From Botryllus schlosseri (Eukaryota), in NCBI GenBank assembly GCA_051294905.1, contig CM119371.1, positions 11,596,001-11,660,000 of the forward strand: DNA of 64,000 nt. Direction: 5' to 3'. A program made the translations under genes and the position numbers. Every line of letters starts with the position of its first letter. Positions within the stretch are counted from its first letter, which is position 1. Under the pieces are notes generated by a model. The model worked only from the letters and a program-made list of their open reading frames with translations. It had not been told where the DNA came from and did not search any database. Of the stretch, positions 1 through 13,264 are shown in pieces.

Positions 1-1665
1 CAAATATTCTCCTTTGTATAGTTCGAATCCTGTTTTCAATTGGGGATAAAACTCCACGTCTGGTTCGGATAAAGCTTCGTACGATTCCAAAACTTTACCC
101 TGCACATTATTCCACGAGATACGATTGATTTTCTCCTTAAATCCAGCGAGATATTTGCCTGAACATTAAAATATTTTTGTCAATCATACCGATCAAAATA
201 AAGTTCCAAGGATTGAGCTTGCGGTCAGGTTTTAGATTGGTATTCAGAAAGTTGGCCTTATAACGGCGAGGATAAGACTAGTAAGTGACTGGCCTAAGTC
301 GTTTTTCTATGGATGATCTGATTCCGTTTTAAAGATGATATATCGCCAGACTCGAGCGAGTAAGTCAGTGTCCAATTTATGTTTAGTCATGCAATTTTTC
401 TCGGGTAAAACCATGTCTGTGTAGGGCGAGTTCGCGTAACAGAGATAAATGTGGAATCGCAGAAAGGTTTTGGAAATTGATTACTAGTAAAGCTAATTCA
501 TGTGAAAGTACAGACCGTGTGCGTAATTGCTTTCCAATGAAATTGACTATCCAGTATTATGCGAGGTGTAGTGAAGATAAAGAAATATAGTGCAGCTCAT
601 GATGGGCCACTTACACAATGCTTGTTAAGAACTCTATTCGGAAGAGGAAATTTTCGACGATAACTGTGTAGGTCTGCTGTTTCCTGGTCCACATTTATTA
701 CTACATCTATGTGCAAGTAACAGAGATGCGTTGGCGACATATTGAAAGGACGACTATGGATAATAAGTTGGATTGAGCAATCGAAAGATTGGCCCTAAAT
801 TCCGATTTAATCACTGGAATTTTTGGCCTTTGCATTCACATTTAATGGACCCCTTGGATAGAAGTCTGCGGACCCCCGAAGGATTCACGGGCCGTAATTT
901 AAGAATTGTGCTTTAACACATTCGTTTCGTCGATTCATACTAACTCCTGTCAATTCTTTTTGACATTTTTGTCAATATATTACATAACAATCTATATTTT
1001 AAAGAGCCCTAGTTTCGGCATTTTAAATTTTTTATTTTTGGCAGTTTTGGCATTTGGTTCCTCAAATGCCAAAATAACACGGCCCGTGCATTAACGTGCA
1101 AGTTACAGAGATGAGAGGCATGGAAAAGGCGCTCAAGCATGAGTGATCTCATTATGCTAAGCTGAGCATAATATGACGTCATGCTCTACTACTTTACTAT
1201 CAAACAGAATGATAATTTATACAATAATCCACGTAACATCTGCAGCTACTTGCAAGTGAAGCTGACTGAACGATTCATCAGGACCGCTACTGGTACTCGA
1301 CACAACGTATGTTGCTATCATGAAAATGAATCGATATGCAGACGTACGCTGTACGGGCAGCATGTGCATTGCGCAACCACTCCAGCGATGTTGCAATTGT
1401 TTCAGCCTTTCACCATTTCAAGTGAATGAAAATGTAATTTTACCGCTGATCAGGTACTATACGAGCTCTCTAGAGGTATAGCGGCGCACCGCTGCCATAA
1501 CATATTAGGCGCGATTCCAAGAAACATATTTTTGAAGTTTCTACAATTGACTTGAATGATGAGAATACAATTACGTTACATTCCTTTTGAAACAGTGCAG
1601 CTGGATGTGTACTCCGGGTTGGCGATTACTAACAACTATTTAAATGGAAGTTGATTCCTCTACGA

Positions 1666-2947
1666 CAGGGGCGGGCAACATACGGCCCGCGGGCCGGATA
1701 TGGCCCGCCACGGGATCTTGTCCGGCCCGCGACAGTTTCCCGTCTTGCATGATAATATGGCCATAGCGGCCAAGTCTGCCGAGATCCCCCACTACTTGCT
1801 AACTACGTCAAATTTTAGTGACTGTATGTTATTATATACGCTGTGTGCGCAGCGTATGAGAGTGGAGATTACGGTCGGACTCGAACCCATAAGTCATTGG
1901 TGTTGTAGCTGTGGAATATACCACTACTACGCCCACCTACTCAACCCTAATGAATTGTTTTATAGGTAAATTTGGGGTACCAGGCTTATCGAACGCCTCG
2001 AAATGTTAATTAAGGATTGCACCATAGTTTCCTATATGGTGTGGACACAAGCAAACCTCACGGCTCAGTGAAATTAGTCTACGTCACAATATTTTTTGGT
2101 CAAAGGCCATTTGACGGTAATTTTTGACCGGCATGCCGAGCATTAAATTTGATAAACGAGTATCAATCGAAAGTTCCGTGGTACTGATTTCGAAAACATA
2201 AGTTTTATTCTGCTCGTGGTCCTGGACCCCTTAAAATCAGCCTCGAATGTGGCATCGTAACGGAGTTTGGTATTGTGACGCAACCATATGCCGTCATGCG
2301 TCTGCGCAGTGCGCACGAGAGTAGGAGTGTGAATGCTCAATCGGTTGCGCCACAATACCAAACAATGGCAAATACGCTTGCGGTTTACGCTGCTTCTTCC
2401 CTGCTCCCAGACGGCATCGTTGAGTCGCAATACCAAACTCTGTTACAATGCAATATTCAAGGCTGGTTTTGGGGAGTTTCAGGACCACGAGCAGAATAAA
2501 ACTTATATTTTCGCAATCAGTACCACGGTACAGCTTTCCGTTGATACCAATTTCATCAAATTTAATGCTCGGCAAGCCGTTCAAAAATTACCGTCAAATT
2601 GCCTTTGACCAAATAAAAAGTGTGACGTATACTAATTTCACTGAGCCGTGAGATTTGCTTGTGTCCACACCATATAGGGCACTGTGATTGCACCGTGTGT
2701 TGATTGATCAGAGAGAATCAGACGTGGCGGCGCCTGAAAGTTACTGCTGTTCTCAAATCCACATTGGCGAGAAATAGATTTGAAGTGACATTGCTGTCGT
2801 TGAAATGCATTCATTAAATACGAGTTATTCATTTTACATATGGGTAAATGGGCGAATGATGTATCGATTCAGCAATCCGACCCGCAAAGTAAGCCTACTT
2901 ACTTTTCCTATATCCGGCCCGCCGACTGGAGAAGTTGCCCGCCCCTG
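1666..2947. mobile_element. hAT-type non-autonomous element
   Basis: TIR CAGGGGCGGGCAAC; perfect 8-bp TSD CTCTACGA; GGCCCGC subterminal repeats. Confidence 0.88.
2023..2686. mobile_element. Foldback MITE with long (>200 bp) TIRs, possibly P-element-like, nested in 1666-2947
   Basis: Ends CATAGTTTCCTATATGGTGTGGACACAAGC / reverse complement; 7-bp TSD ATTGCAC; related copies at 51676-52370 and about 9180-9400. Confidence 0.8.
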
Positions 2948-2992
2948 CTCTACGAGATGATGCAATGCCTATTACTACTGCATGGTGATGAG

Positions 2993-3188
2993 CAATGTTT
3001 CCTCTAAGCTGCACACGTGCACAAATGCGCAGTGCATGCTGACATGGTCTCTGCGCACAGAAAATCTATGTTGCGCACAAAAAATCCGAAGTGCTGACCT
3101 TTTTTAGTCGTTACGCACTGTTGTCAATTGGTCTGCGCAGTGAGTTGGTGAGTGTGCGCAGACTCGTCAGAAATTAGAGGGAACCGTG
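2993..3188. mobile_element. ~190-bp hAT-type MITE
   Basis: TIR CAATGTTTCCTCTAA; TSD G(T/G)GATGAG; sister copy at 21819-22008. Confidence 0.8.
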
Positions 3189-3936
3189 GGGATGAGTAAT
3201 TCCATACGCATCCCGATTGCTCTTGGTATCTGTACCACGGTATTTAGATGATATTGCAAATGGATAATATCAGGTCGACGCAGCTATACCATGATGCAGC
3301 TGCAGCTGCCCGTGAAAAATGTGAAACTTCGAAATTTATCGTAGCACATGCTAATTATTTATATCGAATATCCTAGAACGAGATTTGAAGTCATAAACTG
3401 CCTCACAGCAGCGCCTGTCAACCTTGTTCAAAATGGTAGCCTACACCCTTCCCACGTTCTCTCGGAGCATGTACACTTCAGTTAACATATACACTGGATC
3501 CGTAGTAATCTTAATCGAAAAAACGATGTAGGGTGGATTGCGCAGATGTCGATTAATTCCTAATCGCCGATTAAACGTCAGTAATCGGCGGGCTTCCGTG
3601 GCACAGATGCCGATTTGTCACTAATCGGTGAATTTTAATCGGCCAAATGTTATCCGCCGAGCGAGGTGTCTAGAAAGTTAATCGGCTGTGTGCTTCGCGT
3701 TGACTGCGGTCTGGGCTGGCTACGGGTACACTAGTATTTGGTATTGAGATGGTGTTAACTGGATGCTCTGACGTGCAGTTGCGGTATTAGTTGAAAACAT
3801 TGTACTCAGACACTACTACAACTGTTGGCGCATATTATGGGCCGATAGTACCTTATGCTATGATTACCGGTATGACATTTTTTACAGACTGTACTGTACA
3901 CTGTACAGAATTCGACAGTATACTTTGGAAATAAAA

Positions 3937-5482
3937 TACGAGGACGGAAAATTGCAACAGACAGGAAAAGTTTAGAATAATTGAATTGATAGAAGAATAT
4001 ATTGAAACCAAAGAAGACAAAAAGACTGACGGCAAAACAAAAAGATGTGGCCTGAGATGTAATCAGTAAGAAATATGCAGCTATGAATACCGGTTCTGCG
4101 CGTGCAGCCGCACAACTGGCCAAATCCAGAATGTATTGAAAAATTTGAAACGAAAAGCAAAACAGTTATATGCATCACGACACGTCGAACGGGCCAAAAC
4201 TGGCCCACCTCCAGTTGACGAACTCCTTGGAAAAGGTTTTCGATAGGTAATTTTACTGACAATTCTTTAAAATTCGCAGTAGGAGATGTATTGTTTCCAT
4301 CTGTGTTTATCGTGACTCTCTGCGTGCTTCATACTCATGAGAAACATGGATTTATTGTCTTTTTGTAATTCCCAACAAACTAACCATATCCAGAGACTTC
4401 TGCACGTCATCAGCTATACGAAAACGACACATGGGGAACACTGCTCAGCAAATTCCTAATCTGAACCGCTCCTTGATCAATCTGCAATTGATTTTTATAG
4501 CACTGGTATATTTATTATCACTTTTCAGACCTTATTCCATCTCAAATTGAATGTTTGAAACATCGGTATGACTACGATTCCGTATTCGATAGTCACACGA
4601 ACAATGGTGAGTGCATTTAGGACATGAACTTTTTTAATATGTTACAACCAACGACAGAGGAACTTGCATCCAATTTTAACGTGCAACAGTCTGGCTTTGC
4701 TACTGTGCAGGTGCCTGAGCAGTATCGTTGGCCATATTATTGTTAGGCTGCAACCTGACTTCAAGATAAACCATGAAAAAATAATTTGAAAGTAGCTTTT
4801 CAAACTAAAATTTTTAAATTAAATGTTTATTCAGATGCATATTCTGAAGATTCAGTTTGCACCTTCATCATCGACGAGGATGTGAACACAGAGGCTGGTT
4901 CTTCATGTCACAACAGCGATGGTAAGTTGAGGTACTAATTTGAAATCCATATGAATCGTGTTGGTACTAACATAGCCACACGAATACTTCAAATAGAACA
5001 TCGCGGGTTGTTTTGATTGACATTAGCATTGCTATATTGAATTTGAACTCTACTGAATCAATACAACTGTTGTTAACCATGGTTTTCTTGCAGCAAATGA
5101 AATTGCTGCCCTTTTCGTTGTTGATGGCGATGTAATGCTTCCTTCACTTCCCTCGACAGACTTCAGGATGGAACACCAGACCGGTAAGTGTTAGCATACA
5201 ATGATGGTGATGCAACCCACAGTTTATTCATTACTACATTCAGATATGCAAGATGAAACAGAACACAAAAAGTTCAACGCTAATTGTCTCAAAAATGAGC
5301 CAGGTGTGTTGATAAAAAATAATCTTATTTTAACTATAATGTTGGTGATCAAAATGTGGTGTTCAGAAATGAGCGTCCTGGAAATGGCAAAGGAGCAGCA
5401 TGATATCAGAATGAAAAATTTTGAATTACAGATGCATGTCAAGTACCAGAAACTGGAAATGGAAAAAGACCTGCAAAATTGA
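3937..5482 (+). pseudogene. Harbinger Myb/SANT-like DNA-binding gene, intron-containing, disrupted
   Basis: TRTENCNRQEKFRIIELIEEYIETKEDKKTD..(frameshift)..KDVA*DVISKKYAAMNTGSARAAAQL is SANT-like, with the conserved W turned to a stop. Later GT-AG exons at about 4529-4606, 4835-4921, 5094-5183, 5244-5302, 5367-5482; the last encodes the coil EMAKEQHDIRMKNFELQ. Confidence 0.65.
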
Positions 5483-5884
5483 GAAAATACAGCAACGAAT
5501 CGAAATAGCACAAAAACCAGACTTGGACAACTAGTTAATTGGCTGTATAATTAGAATAGTAAGTGGAAAATGCCAGTAATTTAATTCCAACTTAATTTCT
5601 GGTTTTGGTGAAAATTCTACAGTAGAACTCTACAATACTAAGCGAGTTGTGCAGATTCAATTTCCAAATTTTCACATATTCAGTAATCCCTATTCTAATT
5701 TAATTGAAAAATAACTACTGTCTATAATTCTATTCTAATTTGGAAAAATATGCAGCCATAATTATCATTATAGTCTAATTTTGAAAAGCTGATTTTCTAG
5801 TTGTCCAATTCTGACTACAGCCTAGGCTACTGGATCTCGTAATAAAAATAATTGACGAGGAATTGAATGTGTGGTTATTGGTGT

Positions 5885-6100
5885 TCAAACACGAGATGAC
5901 ATTCCAGAGAAGTGATTTTGAACAATCTGTCTGCGCTGAAGTCGTGCTCTCGGTTGTGCCGTCACGTTATCGGTGTCGCTAACCTCCTGGGTATATTCCA
6001 ATGGATTTGCTCTCTCTTTGACCAATCTTCTTCGCACTCTCTCGTATGCTAGGCTGTCTAACATCTGGAGGGTAGCAAGAACATTGAGGTATGGATCCAT
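5885..6100 (-). pseudogene. Harbinger transposase remnant: N-terminus fused in frame to extreme C-terminus
   Basis: MDPYLNVL...RRRLVKERANPLEY joined to ...ARLQRRQIVQNHF; no DDE core present. Confidence 0.55.
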
Positions 6101-8272
6101 TGTTACTCTCAGTCGACATTGCACTATATTAATATAGCTCTCTATAAAACAGGTTGTATTAAATTTTATGGTTTACCAAATTCTTGATAAACGGAAGTGA
6201 GGTTTGGCTGTCAACAAACATGATTACTCAACTGGGTAACAGCAGATAACTTTGCATTGCAAAATTGTAACATAAATGCATTACTGTTTGTACAGCACTT
6301 GAGCACATTGCACAATAGTTAGATCTTTGCAATGGCTGAAATTTACTTCTACACTCCTATGCAGAGCCAATTGTCATTGGTATAGAGAAATCAAAATCGT
6401 ATGCAAATGTGTGTGTATGAACTCAATTTGTATATCTTCACATTGGTGAAGCGGCTATAATGACTAATGCACCAATAAACGGAAAATAAGATTCTATCTG
6501 AAAAGTATCTCTCTAGTTCTAGATATGCCTGAGTAGATAAATGTCCTGCAATATACGAAATTTGTAGTAGAGTTTCTGGCATAGCAATACCGGTATAAGA
6601 CGATGATTTTGGTACGCTATTCCTACAATACCACTTTTCATAACCTCAAAACGTTTGTTCTGACGCGTTCTGGCGTTCATAACCTTACACTGTGCAGTAG
6701 CAACAGTTTAGTTAGCTGCTATACGCACATGACATCAGCTAAATATACATATCCATGAAGAGCGCATCTCTCCCTTATGACGACAAAGTTCATATCGCCA
6801 CCGACCGAAAACAGCTGATTGCTAACGTACGTCATTTGCGTCGATTTGCGTCAGTAATCCGCGATAAGATAACTCACAGGCGAATCCGTATCTGTACCAC
6901 AGAGTCACCAGGTGACCTTGCTCGCTGATTAAATTATCGCCGATTAAGGCAATCGGTGATTACTTTTCAATCGGCATCTGTGCAATCCACCCTTAGACTC
7001 TAAAATAGTGGAAATTATAACGATAAATACTAATCAGCGCCAGAGACTACCGGACCACGACCCAACACAGGGATTCTCGACGGTCGGCTCACGAAGGATT
7101 GCAGGAGATCTGCGAAACTTCTAAATTTGCAACATGATTGATAACAATCTACTTTGTGATTTCGTCAGCTCAGAGGGTTGATGATGTGAAGCAATTTCGC
7201 TTCATAGCTGCTAATACTTGGGCAGAATGGTCATCACTTTAGATAAAATATGTATCCAATTCATTAAATCGTATGCTAGCTATTTTGTCATCGTCATCGG
7301 GTAATAAAGCAATAACGCATCTTGTGTTTCAGGTACTTTATCTATACATGTTGGTCGTCAGGAGATTCGTTATAATTAGGACAAGTTCTTGTTGCACTAA
7401 AATCGCGAGAAAGTTGCACTTAATTTTGAAATAGTTGCAGTAAAAAGTTGCATTTATTATTTTTGTTGAATGAGTAGGGTATGAGAGACTCGAAAGGTTC
7501 TGTTGTATAACCTAGTTCCTGCAGAGCTGTTAAATTCGTTACTTAACCATTTCACGGACATTCTGGCGTAGCCGCCAAAATTTTTTTTTTCCCGGTACAC
7601 AGCAAGAAAATTATGCAATGCGGGAATAATTTTCGCGAAAAAGCCAAACAGCATAGCGATAACCCCTCCCACTAAAACAAGTCAAATAACTCACCCTAAA
7701 CCCCTAGGTCTCCAAACTCGAGCCAAGATGTTGCAGAAAACTCATTCTTGGCGACTTTAACAAAATCACTAGCCTGAATAAGCTGACCCAGTGAAAATGT
7801 AATTATCGGCGGTCTCGCCTGGGCGACCGTGAAATGGGAAACTATCTCAAATTTAAAAGACAGAATTACTAAAGCGATTTATTTACTTTACATATTGTTC
7901 ACACACGGTGATGCTTGGCGGGGTAGTTGAACTTCTTGCTTGCAAGCCCCAGTGTCATAGATAACACAGAGAGATGCTGCTATGTGCTGACCCATCATAC
8001 AGCTCTTTGTTATGCTTTTCGAAGATAATAGAACCACACTAGAAATAGTTTATAGCATGCTTTAAAATCACTCCGTTAAATTTCGACGTAATAATTGAAA
8101 AAAGTTGCAGTAAAATTGGTATGAAAAATAGAGAAAGGTTGCAAAAAGTTGCACTATAAAATCCCTCCAAACGGCTTGAAATATCATTATGCATAGATGC
8201 TGAGTATCTAGGAAGCTGTCGGTAGCTGTAAAAAAAGTTGCAAAAGTTGCAAAAACTTGCCATAGTTATAAT

Positions 8273-9635
8273 CAGGCCGTGTTATTTTTGGCATATGCCA
8301 AAACTGCCAAAAATACCTTATTTTTGGCATTTTTCGATTTTTATTTTTGGCAGTTTTGGCATCGTCCTCTAAATAGATAGTTTCAGTCTCGAATTAGCCA
8401 CAAAAACGCTTTATTTGGACCAGTTTGTCAAAAGACACCACAAAATGTGCAGCATCCACGTATGATCAGTGCCAACAAACAATAAGAAGAAGAAAAAACC
8501 TAACGATTTCATAGGTTAATAATATCAAACGAAACCACAAAATGTGCAGTATCCATCGGAATCGGTGCCAATAAGCAGGAAAAAAAGAAAGAAAAGACTA
8601 ACAAACACACTCAACAGCTGATTGTTACAGCTGTTGAATAGACTTAACTCGTTTGCACTGTAGCAATGCTTCTAAACTCAGGTCAGCTAAATTTCTCCTA
8701 AATTCATTTCTCGCCCAGCGAATCTGGGAAATATCGGCTTCAACAGTAGCCGTTGAGGGAAAGAATGTTGCCACTCATTCATAAAAGGTTTTTAGAGCTT
8801 CAATATCTTTGGAGGGCCGAACCGGCTTCCATGCATCATGAAAAGAGATCACTTCGCCTGTGCCATCGATCTCATCGCGGAAAGAATTTTCTTCCCGATC
8901 CTTTTCCAGGAGTTTCCTGTGTTGTCTCTCTTCAACACATTCTATTTAGTAGCCCGACTATCATTTCTCCTTCAGTCTACCGATATATTTTCGGAGGACT
9001 TTTGTCACTTCAGGTGGCTTTAATATTACCAACTCGCATGGAAGAGTCCTGGGATGGTTAGCTGGTTTAAGAACATTGACGCAACAAGACTGTCTGGCAA
9101 AACGAGACTATGCAGCTCAGAAATAGCCAGACAGTTTGTTGCGTCACAATGTTCAACTCGATCACAATGCAAAAATCGTGGTTGATTTTGGGGGTTCCAG
9201 TTCCATGAGCAGAATATAATTTATATTTTAATAGTCAGTACTGCGGCAGCTTCTCATTGATACCCGTTTTATCAAATTTACCGCTCGACATGCCGGTCAA
9301 AAATGGTCGTAAAATTGCCTTTGGACAAATGGAAAGCATAACGTAAACCAAATGCAGTCAGCCGTTCAATCTCGCTGTGCCCACACCATTTAGGACACCA
9401 TGCTTTCACCCCTAATGGGTGGGCTGGACCCAGATTAAGAAACCTGCCATTCACAAACGCCCTTCTCGCTTGTAACGCGGTCCTGCTAACACAACACCAT
9501 GAACGAAATACACTATTTGGCATGCCGTGTTATTTTTGGCATATGCCAAAAATTGCTTATTTTTGGCATTTTCAAATTTTTATTTTTGGCAGTTTTGGCA
9601 TCTGGTTCCTGAAATGCCAAAAATAACACGGCCTG
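8273..9635. mobile_element. hAT deletion derivative with transposase C-terminal remnant
   Basis: TIR CAGGCCGTGTTATTTTTGGCAT; TSD GTTATAAT; minus strand ~8640-8780 reads FPSTATVEADISQIRWARNEFRRNLADLSLEALLQCK. A right-end fragment lies at about 1010-1085. Confidence 0.88.
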
Positions 9636-10406
9636 GTTATAATCCATTTTGATTTTTATTCTCATTCGACAAACGCCAATACATTGATGGGAGAATAAAA
9701 TACTGTGCCTTCTCAGTTTGAGAAGTCGTTGCACAGCTGCGATTCGACGCGAAATCCATACCTGTCATTTTTTCCATCAACTTAACCTTTAGAGGACAGC
9801 TCTTCGGATCGAGTACCGGTGCATTAACGGCTCCGCGTTGTTTCTTTTTATTACCCATATCAACTCTAGGGGCATGATCAGTTTCTAGAGTTACATCTGA
9901 AGAGATTGGCACGGCTTCATTATTTCTGAGATACCAATTTGTTTTGTTGGAATAAATAACAATAACTTGCAAGCCAATACGTTAAAATCCGTCGTCGATG
10001 AACCATATATGTAACGAAGTATTTTCTAATGACAGTATCATTCTGTAATGAATGAATATGAAATATAGTTCTATGGAAATATGATTGAACAGCTATTACT
10101 GTTGCGATTGTATAAACGCAACCAGTGATCGGAGTCACATTGTCAGTCCGTTCCATTACAAATGTCACGGTTTTCAGCCGATTATTGATATAGTCAGGGC
10201 TTTGGAGCGGGAGGCGGAGCAAGGAGCCGGCGCAAGGAGACGGAGCCTCGAAACTGGGTTATTTGAACGGAGCCGGAGCTGGAGCTGGAGCTCTAAATAA
10301 ACACTGATGGCCAATAGAGCGGTTCGAAAAGTATTGATCACTATGTATTTCACAAAATGGGATTGGTGCTCATGTAATCTTATCAAATTAACGAATGAGT
10401 AATTAG

Positions 10407-11245
10407 CAGGGCGATTTTTTTTTGACATGTCAAAATTTGTCAAAATTGTTTACAAAGTCAAAATTTTTTGACGTCCGCCTTTTGTTTGTATCGTAGATTT
10501 TGCACTGTCGGTGAACTTATCAATTGATATTTTCCAGCTTGTGGCCTACTTAATAGGCCTACCGTTGTAAATGGCCAATTGTATGTTCATTGTGAATCAT
10601 AAACGGTCGAATAAAACAAATAGGTAGACATGGTGTTATGGTCAACGTACCGCAATATCCTAACAGAAGAAAGACTTCTTCGGCATTGCATCATTCTTAT
10701 ATTAAGAAGCGCATGATGAAAAATTGTGATGTAGACAACATTGTCAGAATGAAGCAACACGGTGTGCCCCCAGCAGTGTACGCGAAACTTGAGTGTTGTC
10801 AGCCAACAACTGCTGCTGTTGAACGTTCTTTCTGCATTCTTGGCAAGCTTCTTGGTAAAGACATACACTTTCTACCCAAGGATGTAGGAAAGTGTCTCTC
10901 GTTGTACTACAATAAATTTTGATTATTTCTACCATACGTGTTGTAACTACTGGAATTCTTCATAGAGCACAATTTCGTTAAAAAAATTACTTTTTTCATG
11001 TAACATTTGTCTGTTTCTAAGCCAAAAACGTTTTTTCAGGCCAAACTAATTCGTTTGGAAAGTCAGTTCCAACCAGAAATGAAGATGGGCTAAGTGGTAC
11101 AATTTCAACCTTATGTGGGAAAACACCTAATTTGCATACGTTAGATCAAAATTTGGTCAAAATTCAGTTTGTTTAGGTCAAAAAAGTCTAAATTTCGATT
11201 TTTAAGTCAAATTTTTCCTATTTCCAGGTCAAAAAAATTGCCCTA
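10407..11245 (+). mobile_element. hAT deletion derivative (family with GTCAAAA subterminal repeats)
   Basis: TSD GTAATTAG; encodes QPTTAAVERSFCILGKLL...YYNKF, resembling a hAT C-terminal dimerisation region. Confidence 0.88.
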
Positions 11246-11254
11246 GTAATTAGA

Positions 11255-11591
11255 CAGTGGTTCTCAAAGTGTGGTTCGCGTACCACAGTGGTACACGAGA
11301 GCTTCTTATGTGATATACGTGAAGAGTGCTGTGAGTAATGTTGCACCTCAGATTGGCGAGCTTCTGCATTAGAATGAACAGTTGCAATTATCTCAATAAT
11401 TATGCTTTCTTGCTCTCCGTTGGTATTGCGGTATATAACTAACAGGAATAACCAACAAACACCGGCACATTAAAGTAAAATAGGTAATTCAGGTGGTAGA
11501 CTACGACCTGTATTGAAAAACAAGTTATTAGTAAGCCGTGTGATAAAAATATATTAGTGGTACACGATATGAAAAAAATTGAGAAACACTG
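11255..11591. mobile_element. hAT/Charlie-like MITE
   Basis: CAGTGGTTCTCAAA...TTGAGAAACACTG ends; AATTAGA on both flanks. Confidence 0.75.
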
Positions 11592-11791
11592 AATTAGATA
11601 AACGTGTTCGTGAGTGACACGGTGCACTGCACACCAGATTCTTAGTGGCACTAGTTCTGCATTTATTCAGTTATTCTAAAGGAAAACTTGCTATATTCCA
11701 GTAAACTTGATCGACATCGTACGGACTGGTAATGAGCGCATCAATATCGAATTTCAAGACATTGGGTATTTGGTAGGAAGCGAATTTCTAG

Positions 11792-12264
11792 CAGAGATGA
11801 GCGGATTTGGAATTTCTATTTCCTAATCCAATCCAAATCCGAAGTTTCAAATCCTAATCCAAATCCATAACTTTTGTATATTCAAATCCGCATCGAATCC
11901 TAATCCGATTCTAACTTGAAATTCTGAAAAAATGCTAATTTATGCAAGGGAGGAATGGGAAATTTTTCTTTCACAGCCAACAATTCTCTTGATTTAAGAT
12001 AACTTAGCAAAGGACTGCACCTCTCATGCTCATTGGCACCAAGTGTGCCATAGTGTAGCGTACCATAAGTACATTAAAAACTGATCTGAATACAGTTTGT
12101 CGCCATTCGCTACACGACATGTCAATATCCCATAAAATCGGTAAATCCAATCCAAATCCTAATCCGTTCAGAAAAAAATCTCTAATGCTAATCCACTCCA
12201 AATCCGAAAAAATCTCACAAATCCGGTTTTTTCAAATCCTAATCCTAATCCATGCTCATCTCTG
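11792..12264. mobile_element. hAT-type MITE with AATCC repeats
   Basis: TIR CAGAGATGAGC; perfect TSD ATTTCTAG; related end at about 43420-43545. Confidence 0.85.
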
Positions 12265-12358
12265 ATTTCTAGTCCCGCTCATGTAGCGCTTGCTGCAGTT
12301 ACACTTGAGCAATCCGACAATTTCAAGACTACAGTCAACTGTATGGCTTGATATGATC

Positions 12359-13264
12359 GATTTCCAGTAAACTCGGCCCAAGGTAAATTCGGCCCGGTGA
12401 ATTCGGCCCTCGGTCACTTCGGCCGTCGGTGAATTCGGCCGTCCGTAAATTCGGCCGTCGGTAAATTCGGCCCTCGGTAAATTCGGCCAGGGCCAGAGTA
12501 ACAATAACAGTTACAGTACCATTACCTAACCTGAACCCTAATCCTAACCTAACTCTAATCCTAACCTAACCCTAATCCTAACCTAACCCTAATCCTAACC
12601 TAACCCTAATCTTACCCTAACCCTAATCCTAACCCTAATCCTAACCTAACCCTAATCCTAACCTAACCCTAATCCTAACCTAACCCTAAACCTAACCCTA
12701 ATCCTAACCCTAACCTAACCCTAATCCTAACCCTAACGCTAATCCTAACCCTAAACCTAACCCCTAACCTCCAAATCACTTGATAATATACCGATAACAT
12801 ACCCATTGCATTCGGCTGTCGGTAAATTCGGCCCCGTAAACATCGGCATATATATATACATATATATATTTATACGCATACCCTGTTCTCCAAATCACTT
12901 GATAATAATATAATTATGAATTTAATTCACATTAATAGTTGGTAATACATTTTTATAAAAAATTTTCCAAGGGCAGAATTGACCGAGTGACCGGTGAATT
13001 CGGCCGTCGGTAAATTCGGCCGTCGGTAAATTCGGCCGTCGGTAAATTCGGTCCCCGTGAATATCCGAGCTATCTCCCTTGATTACGCGATCTACGCATA
13101 TCCTGACATCCAAATCACTTAATAATAGTATAATCATGTAATTAATTCATGTTAACGGTTGGTAATACATTTTAATACAATATTCTCGGAGGGCCGAATT
13201 TACTGATGTCATGGGCCGAATTTACCTGGGCCGAATTTACCTTGGGGCGAGTTTACTGGCAACC
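12359..13264. mobile_element. Mutator-like (9-bp TSD) non-autonomous element with internal telomere-like array
   Basis: TIR G(A/G)TT(T/G)CCAGTAAACTCG; 9-bp TSD GATATGATC; 17-bp GTAAATTCGGCCGTCG-type subterminal repeats. Confidence 0.8.
12524..12770 (+). repeat. Degenerate (CCTAACCCTAATCCTAA)n telomere-like minisatellite
   Basis: Mixed CCCTAA/CCTAA/TCCTAA units inside element 12359-13264. Confidence 0.9.

Larger units (their letters stand above)
3531..6992. mobile_element. Degenerate PIF/Harbinger DNA transposon
   Basis: TIRs GGGTGGATTGC(G/A)CAGATG(T/C)CGATT; flanks GTA/TTA; convergent Myb/SANT and transposase remnants inside. Confidence 0.8.

Noticed and set aside
7695..7868. SHFT as a ZU5/UPA autoproteolysis site
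   Set aside because: Only a tripeptide match, not kept in the putative repeat copy, and no ZU5 core recognised.
9637..9972. 111-aa ORF as a caspase linker exon (DPKSCPLKVK)
   Set aside because: No caspase catalytic motifs (SHG, QACRG) seen downstream; it may belong to the cryptic gene but cannot be assigned.
10638..10922. Standalone 94-aa gene
   Set aside because: It is the hAT transposase C-terminal remnant inside a repeated element.
12524..12770. True telomere or chromosome fusion site
   Set aside because: Degenerate, single orientation and enclosed within a transposon that has a TSD.
12370..13050. 17-bp GTAAATTCGGCCGTCG tandem repeats as a CRISPR array
   Set aside because: No unique spacers, eukaryotic context, and they are subterminal repeats within a TIR/TSD-bounded element.
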